Virus record (IMG/VR): IMGVR_UViG_3300021387_000334
Coordinates: 1-64,000 of that record
Source of the DNA: a virus
Lineage: Duplodnaviria > Caudoviricetes
Length of the DNA: 64,000 nucleotides
Reading direction: 5' to 3' (one strand)
The position numbers and the translations under genes were made by a program. Of this stretch, positions 29,601 through 38,600 are shown one piece after another. Below the pieces are notes generated by a model that was given only the letters and a program-made list of their open reading frames with translations, ran no database searches and was not told the origin of the DNA. Positions within the stretch are counted from its first letter, which is position 1, and every line of letters begins with the position of its first letter.

Positions 29601-32600
29601 CCTGCTTGTATTCATCCCAGGTCTTGCCGCCAAGGAGTCTCGACTGGCTCTTCTTTAACTCTTCTGCCTTCATGGGCTTCTTCAAAATATCCATTTCCAC
29701 TTCCTCCACGTAGGAGTTATCGGCAAACGGATTCTTGCCACCCGGCTCAACACCCTCTTCCCATACTTTCTTACCAAGGGTCTTGGCTCTCAATGGCATT
29801 TCGGTAATTTCCAAGTCGTTCTCGCCCATTTCATTTAAGCGGTCTATCTCGGCTTGATACAGGTCGCCGATTTCGGCGAGCATCTTCTCCTGCTCGGCTA
29901 CCTTCAACAGGGCCATTCTTCCCAATACCTTGCTGGCAGTCTTGCCTGCCTCACCATCCTTTGTAGCATTGGCGATAAGCGTCTCAGCGGGCATCGTCTC
30001 AAAGCCTTCTCCCCATTTCAGCGGGTCAACCATCTTCGCGGCAAGGTCGGTATGTTCTGCCAAATACTGGATAACAATGTCATCACCATACTTGTTGATG
30101 ATGTCCTGCACCTGCATTTCGTTGAACTTCGACTTCTGCGAACTGGTGGTATTGGCATCCAGCGAACGGAGTTTTGCTTTCAGCATCATCAACAGACGCT
30201 GCTCACTCGGTATCTGAGAAACCACGTACTCATACATACCTCGCAACACCTGTCCCGTGCGGTCGATACGTCCACGTATCTGTACCTCATCGTTCACGTC
30301 ACCTTGTGCCTGGGCGACAATCATCACGCGCTGACGCTGGTCATCAAACTTGCTCGAAGCATGAAGCGAGATACCTGTGCCTGCGCTCTTGTTCAGTATC
30401 AGCACATCAAGCTTTCCATTGTTGAAGTCTGCGGCGGTACGTTTCTTGTCGCTATCTTGACGCTTCACACGCTTCACAGTGCCATCTTCATTGTAGACGA
30501 ACTCCTGCTTTCTACCTGTAAGCTCTCCAACTTTGTAGCCTGCTTTCTTTAACTCGTTCTTGATAACGTCAATCGGGCTGAGGCTCAATCCAGAAGAAGC
30601 ATTCTCAATGGCATCCATGATTTCACGATACCTTGCCTGCCCAGCCTCGCTCAACTCGTCGAAGGGTATCATTTCGTTGGTGCTGTTACCAAAGGCATCT
30701 TTCTTGGTGATACGGAGCGTGCCTTGCAGACCTTTCTTTAGGTTCACACTCAGGTCGGGCATTTCCATATCTTCACCTGTAGACACTTCATCGGCTGCTC
30801 CTTCATTGGTGTTTGCCAATGCAATAACGGGCTTATGACCTTGCTTCAAGTGCTCAATGGCTCGCTTGGCTGTCTCTTCGGCTTTCAGAGAGAGTAGTAC
30901 CTGCTGCACCATGTTATATGTACGTGAGGCGAATGGGGTGTTGTTGATGCCCATATCCCTTGTGCCTGGAGTGTGGTCAACCTCACCCTGCTCGTCTGCG
31001 GCTTCGTCATTCTTCTTATTGACGATGGGGTCTACATACCTGCGCTGGAAGTCGATGATGTCATTGAAGAGTCCTATAATGGTATCATACTGCTGACGCT
31101 GCTTCTCAATCACGGCTTCGTCCTCGATACCCTTCCAGTCGATAGTAACACCTGTCATGTCTCGCTCACGGCGTATCATCTGTCCTGCCTCGGTCAAGGC
31201 TTTTGACATAATCTCTTGGAACGTAGCACCGCCTTGTTTCACAGCATCAATCAACTCGCCTATCTTCACTCCTGCCTTGGCAATGGCGGTCTTTAGTGAA
31301 TAGATAGGCATATTGCCTGGACGCTTGGCAAAGGTGGCAGAAAGGAAGGTTACACCTTTGGCCTTTGTGGTGATATATTGCAGATAGCCACTCACGGCAC
31401 TTGTCTCACCTCCTGCATTGTGGCTTTCGTCCATAATCACATAACTATTCTCTGCAAGACGTTCAAGGGCATCGCGTTTAGCCTGCGAGTTATAGGCTCC
31501 CGTTGTCGGACTCTTCTTGCCGAAGTTACGTGCCTTCTTCTGCCCTTCCTCATAGACCATCGTACCCCCCTTGAAGCTATCGTAGGTAGTGACAATATAG
31601 TCGTACTCAGGGGGTAACTTCCCGTATTTATTGATGTAGTCAACTACTCGCTTCTGCTCCTTGTCGCTCGGCCGCTTATAGACTACATTGCCATTCTTAT
31701 CCGTCACATCGGCTGAATGTTCTTCATCGTCTGCACTCCAGATGAAGGGTCTTAATCCAGGACTACCGATGTCGCAAAGGTCGCGGTACATGTCGGAGAA
31801 CAGTCCCTTCTTCACGGTTATGAATACAGGGCAACCACCCTTCTTTACACCGTAGCGAATAAGAGCTGCTGCCTGTCTGCCTTTACCGATACCTGTCTGG
31901 TCGCCAATGATAAAGGCATTGCCTTCGTTCATCTGATGGATAGCCATTGCCACAGAGTCTATTTGCTCTGCTGCCAATCCTCCATGCTTTTCAGGTGATT
32001 GAGAGCCGTGATGCAAATCTTCAACAGAAGAATATCCAAGTTCTTTAACTAAGAACTCATCTACATCGCCTAATTCTTCAAGTGCTTTCTTTACAACCTC
32101 TGCCTGTTCTGCGGGCATCTGAGACTGCAAAGAATATGGATTCTTGCTTTGTTGTCTATATGGAACTTTCTCAGTACCTAATCGTCGTACTTCGACACTT
32201 GGCCGTGATCCCCCTCCGACGGATACGTCCACCCTTCCATCAGGTCGCTCAGTGTCGTTTCGTCTGTTAGGTACGTTTCCTCCTTGCTCTGCTGATGAAG
32301 GGGTGCTCCCACCTGGCTGCGAAGCCGTTGACCCGGTTCCGTGAACCACATCACCTCGTTCGCCCACGCTTGTATCTGTTCCTGTGTCGGCTCCCTTTGA
32401 GGTACTTCCGACACCTCCCGATACAGACTGTCCGCCTGAATCCAGTAGTTGACGTTGCTTGCTGCCTCCTTCGCTTCGTACATTTCGTACTCCCGTCTGA
32501 GTAGTGTTTCCAGCATGTCCGTTATCATGCTTTCCGTCACTCTCTCCGCTTTCTGTGTCGTGAACACTAGCGGGCTTGTTGCTGTCAGATAATATGTCAT

Positions 32601-35600
32601 CGTTTACTCGTTTATATAATTCGTCATAACTGTTAACTCTCTCCGCTCTTGCCTTCTGAATGGTAGGTGCAAAGCTTCTCGGATTGAACTCCTTGCGTCC
32701 GTTGATGAGTATCATCCGCACGGGGAATCCCGTTCCCTGACGTGAGTAGAGCGTCTTGCCGTCCATGTTGATCACGTCTACCACGTTGTAGTGGGCATAG
32801 AGGTAGTTGAAGAAGGCTCTGTCCTTACCCTTGATGCTGCCGTTCTGATTGTACTCGGTATTGCCTCCAATGATAATCGCGGCTCGCCCATCATCCTTCA
32901 TCGACTCCAGGGCGTTGATGGCCATCTGGTGCTCCAACCCCGAAATCTCATACAGACCGTCGTAGGTCTTTGCAGGTACGTTGCCAAATGGAGGATTAGT
33001 TACCACCACGTCGTACTTCTTCTCACCGAATGGCTGTGTTCCGTCTTGGCTCGTCACCTCCGCAAATCCCTGCTTGGCAAGATTCGACAGACGCATCTCG
33101 TCAATATCGTTGACGTGCATTGCCTCCTTTGGCAGGTTGAGTGTCAGCATACCGTTTCCGGCACTTGGCTCCAGTCCGCTCTTAACTTCCTTGCCCTCTT
33201 TGAGGAACTTACCCATGAGGAATGCCATAGGCGCAGGGGTCGAATACTGCTGCTTGTTGATGCGGTCATTGTCCCTTGCGTTGAGGCTGGGCTGACCCTC
33301 ATACAACTTCACTATCTTCAGGAACTTCTTCTCGTCCGTCAGACCTTCCTTGTTGGCTATCTCACGGGCAAGGTTCACAACCTCTGTTTCAATCAGCTCC
33401 TGCAGGTCGGTGTCCGAAAGGTTCTCTATCCCAAGTTCCTTCGCTATCTGCTTATAGGCACTCAGCGGCTTCGGTTGGTCGCCCCAGTTGACAATGCCTT
33501 GCAACTTTGCACGTATTTTCTTGGTCAGTTGTGTAAGTTTATGCTGCCTCTCGGCAAACTCCGCTGAGTCACCTTCCAACTTACTTGCTGGTTTCTGCTG
33601 CGAAGATACAACATTTTCCGGATCGTTGTTCTCGTCTTTGTGTTCGTTAACAGTCTGGTCGGTAGAATTACCATTCTTTAACCTCTCGGCATGCTCACTG
33701 AGCCTCATACGCTGTCCGTCAACGGTGTATTTCTGCTGCCATACCTCATCGACAAACTCACCGATAATGTCATCCTCCCAACCAAGCACTTCTTTGAGTT
33801 TCTGTCCAATGCTATCGGACATCTTCTTGCTCCACGTCTGCACATCATGCACACCGCTCTTGATATAGGCATAACCCACCTTTGAAGCCAGTCGTAACAG
33901 GTCTTTGAGGAACATTCTCTGCGCCTCGTTGGTAAGGGTAAAGGCATCAAGCAAACTGGCCTGTGCCTTATCGTTACCCTCCAGCCCCTTGCGCATGAAC
34001 TTGTCAAGGACGTTTGAGCCCTTGGCATTATCAAGGAAGTCGTTAAACTCCTTCAATGCATCGTCAATGTCCTTCTGGTCTTGTGACTTCTGCTCTTCAC
34101 GGAATGACTGTGCTGCCTGCTCAATAGCGGCCATTGGGTCATTTTCTGCTCCCTTTTCAGCCATATACCTTTCCATAATTCGGGTAGCCTTATGGTAGCC
34201 GATTTTAAACTTCCTCTGTAATGCAGAACTGTATGGTTTCTCCTGCTGGTCAAGCCAATCTTTTGCCACTGGGTAAAATTCTTCATCGGTAGCACTCTGC
34301 CAACTGTCTCTTTCTTCTTTCTTTTCTTTTGCTGGCTCGTTTCCTTCTTTTTTCTGCCGGTTTTCAGAAGAAGTTTTCTGTGCCCTCTCATAGATAGAGT
34401 CATAGTAGAAGCGGGAGATGGCACTATCATCCTCGCCACGAAGGAAGTCGATGGCGTTCAGCTTCTCGTCCTCAAGAGCCCCCATGTCAGCCATGATCTG
34501 CTCTTCCGTCAACGGATGGGATGCCAGATATTCCTCACGGCTCTGGGGCTGTCCAGTCACCGTACCTGTAGCGTCAGCTGCGGGTGTAAAACTAGTCTGC
34601 CGCCTTTCATTATCCAAGGCTCCACGAATACGGCTTTTCCGCTCTGCCTCTGATTGCAGTTGGTCAAGCTTCTTCTGAGCATCTTGCAATGCCTTGCGCT
34701 CTGCGGCGGTACGACGATTGACACCCTCTTTGGTTCTGTCAGTACCACCCATATCATCAAAGGAGAATAATTGCCCTGGCTCTTGGAATGCCTCATCGTC
34801 TGAAAACATATCCGTTGCCCGGTCACTCTCCTTGGCTTGTGCCTTCTGTAGGTCGCTTGCTGCCTTGTCACGTTCCTTGATGGCTGCATCAATCTCTTGC
34901 TGCAACTGCGCTATGACATCGGCGATAATCTGCTCCTCCTTCTCATTACGAGGCTGGAGGTATTCGTCTCGTTCAGTACCCTGCGGTACTTCCGCAGGTG
35001 TCTCGGTTACTACTGGCTCAGTACTTCCTTGGCTTTCTGTGCCTGCTGCTCCCGCTGCTGCTGGAGTCTCTGGTTTCTGCTCTTGTGGAGTTTTTGTCTC
35101 AGTTCGTTCCACGATAGTATCTCGCCCATCGTTCCGTCCTTCTTCTTGTAAGGTATTGGCATAATCTAATATTGTTTGAATTTTACTTTTTACATCTTCT
35201 GGTGTCTGACTATCAGAGAATACGAGAATTGTTCCATCATCATCACGAATAACGCCAGTTGTAAGGGCATAATCACGGACCTCGTTAACAGTCTCTTCAT
35301 CAACGAAATCGCCACCATACACCTGAGAAGTGAGGTCAATCCACTCGTCATCGCTCATGCGGTCGGTGTCTACCAACTTGATTTGTGGCATACCCTCCTG
35401 CTGCATCAACTCTTGAACGAGTTTCATCAGCTGGGTAATGGGCGAATCGGGAATATCCTCACCCTCAACAGGTGCTGCAAATGGCAGATTGGCTTCCATC
35501 TGAGCTATTTCCTCATCGGTAAGTGGTGCTACCTCTACCTCGGCTGGCTGCTGCGCTGCTGCCTCCTGCTCCATCTGTTGCTGGGCTTCAGGGGCTACAC

Positions 35601-38600
35601 GTGCTGCCTGCTCTCTGCTGTTGACGGCATAGTCCACAACATCACTCTTGCTCTGTGCCGACTTCAACAGGTCAAGCAATGCCTCCTTGATTTCCTCGGT
35701 AGTCCACCGCTTTTCCTCTCCGACGCTGTTCTCAGGACTCTCCCATACCATGTGAACAAACTCGTCAACTCCAATACCTTCGCCTTTCTTGGCCAGCAGG
35801 GTCTCGATATACTTGGTGTCGCCACCAATCATGCGGGTCCATCCCAATTCCTTCTGGAGTCCACGTTTGCCATTCACATCATCCCATGCAAGGTTACGCT
35901 TACGCCCTATCCACATCGAAACGAGTTCATAGACATCGTTGGCCTTGGTAAAGTCATCATCAAACAACTCGCCCAACTCCGCTTTCAGAGCCTTAATGCG
36001 CTCCTGCTTCTGCTCTTCAACGGTCTGTCCCGGTTGCGAAGGTACAACATTTTTTCCACTTTCATGCTGTCCGGTCTGATTATTTACGTTTTCTTCACCA
36101 TTGGCAGGTGCTTCTTCCGTTCCCTGCGATAGCATCGCAGCCCTTTCCTTCAAAGCCTGATAGTAGTCAATAACACCTTGTGCCTTCTTTCTATCTATCA
36201 AGTCCTTGCGGGTCTTGGTAGCTTTGCCGTTAATCTTGTCGATAGTCTGCTGTGCTTCTGCAATAGAGGCATCAGCCACCTCACCGACATCAAAACCGTC
36301 GTTCTGAATATCCGCAATGGCATCGTCTACACTTACACCATTCTCATACCGCTTGATACCGTCCTTATCTATCACGCTTTCAATGCTGACAGCAGGTGTG
36401 CCTGCGGTATTTCCTGATGTGTCCGCCACTGTTCCCGTTGCGTTAGCTGCAGGTGGGGTAGGAGTGGCAGGAGCGGTCGCCGACGGGGCGTTTCCTCCGG
36501 GCAAAGTCCCACTTTCCTCCGGGGAAAGTCCAGGTTTGCCCGGAGCAGACTGCGGCTGACTCAACGTCCCGTTGGGGTCGGACACCATTGTAACGCCCTG
36601 CCCCAGCCTTTCTACCTCCTGTGCTTCCCAGGCATCAAGTGTTACCCCGGAGGGGATGACACTATATCCCGACGCATCACTCAGCTGCACCATTTCGCCC
36701 GCTGCCTCATCAAAAGCAATGATAAGACCCGAATCTGAGCCTGTGATACGTCCGTCGTTGGAGGTCTGTACGTTTCCGCTGACAAGGACATAGGTATTCG
36801 TGCCGTCCGTGATATTGACAATATTGGAAGTGTCGGGGTTGCCGTTGATGGTTCCCTTGAACGTTCTGCGCTGCCTGCCCATATTGGCAGCTTCCGCTAT
36901 CTTTCTCTGAGCCTCAGCCATGTAGGCATTGAACTTGGCTTGCGCATTGTAGTAGTCGATGACGGTCTGGCGATCCTGCGGAGAGAAGCTATCGAGTGAA
37001 GAGACGATTTCCTGCGGGAAGAATCCCTGCTGCTCCATCCTCTCTACCTCCTGCATCAAGTCCTCGTTGCGGGAGAACAACTGCTGACGTGCGGCCTGCG
37101 CTGCTGCCCACCCTTCGGTTATCTCCTTGCCTGCATTGTTTTGTGGGTCAATGGCATCCTCAGTACTCGTCACCTGATTGACCACGCCTTCTGCTGCCTC
37201 CGCACCCTCTTGGGCTGACACCTCGGTATGCACTTCTGTATTGGGGTATGCAAGACCCTTCAGGAACTCGCGAGCCTGGTCGGCCATCTGCAACTCTTCT
37301 TGGGAAAGCTGCATGGGGTCGGCCTCAGAAAGTTCCCTTATTGTTCCGGCTTCCCAGCCGTTCTCCTCTTCGAAGGCTGCTATGGCCTCACGGGTGGCAC
37401 GCGCTTTCTCTATGACACGCTGGTTCTTGCGCTCCTGGAACTGACGGCCAATCTCCGTTTCGGGGTTCTGTATGTCGGCAAGCTGCTCCGGAGTGGGGTC
37501 TTCGCCAAGAAATTCAGCCACAAGATCGGAACTCTCCGGGTAAGACATGCCCACCGACAGTTGCAGATAGTCCTTCATGTCCTGCGACTGCTGACGCATC
37601 TTCAACTCTCCCTGATAAGCCTTGGCCTCGTCTTCCGTCTCGAACGACTGTTGCCCAATGACATTCCCGAAGGCATCAAGCGAGGCGACAGAGAAACTGC
37701 CATCATCATTCTTCTTGATTGAACTACTGTTCATCCTTGGCTGATACTCGGCCATTACCGCACCTTTCCTCTCCAACACCTTCCCAGCATAGTCGAGGAC
37801 AACCTTTCTCTCATCCTGCGACATATTGGCATTGTTGATGTAGGCTGTTATGGTGGAGTTAAGGGCAATAGGATCGTCTGCTACTGACTGAATGACGGTC
37901 TTCATATCATCCCAGTCGGCAAAGAACTTATTCCCTTTCTCGTCAATCTTACTCATGCGGTTGTTCCACTTGTCCCAGGCGTAGGCCTTTGTGTGGAGGG
38001 CTGATATAAAACCGCCCATCAGAGCCACGCCTGCGAAAGTGTCAATGTGCTGCTGGAGATTGAAGATACCCGTGTCCTCGGCATTATCAAAAGTCATATC
38101 GCCAACGGTAGCGGCATTGGCCAGATTTCCAAGTTCCTCTTCAATATACTCACTAAACACACCGTGCCACTGGGTCTTTTTCAGGAAGTTGTCAAGTCCC
38201 TGACTGATGGCACCAAGACCACGCTGACTTGTCACGTCGAAGATAAAACGCTGGGCCTTGTTAAGACTTACGTCACCAAGACGGCCTGTCAGATTAAGTG
38301 CTTCACGCCCAGCCTTTCCTATTACGGCCTTGCCAATAGCATTACGGAGAATACCCGTCACGGGGGCAAGATACTCACCCCACATCTCGGAAGAGTTCCC
38401 TATGCCGTTGGCTACCCATGCCTTGGTGAAGGCTTCCATAGGGCTGATTCGTTTCTCCTTATCCTTGAAGATGATGTTACCCTGCTGGTCAACATTCTCC
38501 ACCATGCCCTCGGAATATCTCTTGGCGGCATCGGCAGAGGTTCTTACCAAGCCTGTAGTCGCTGCCATTATCTGACCGCCAAGCACGTCACCCGCTACCC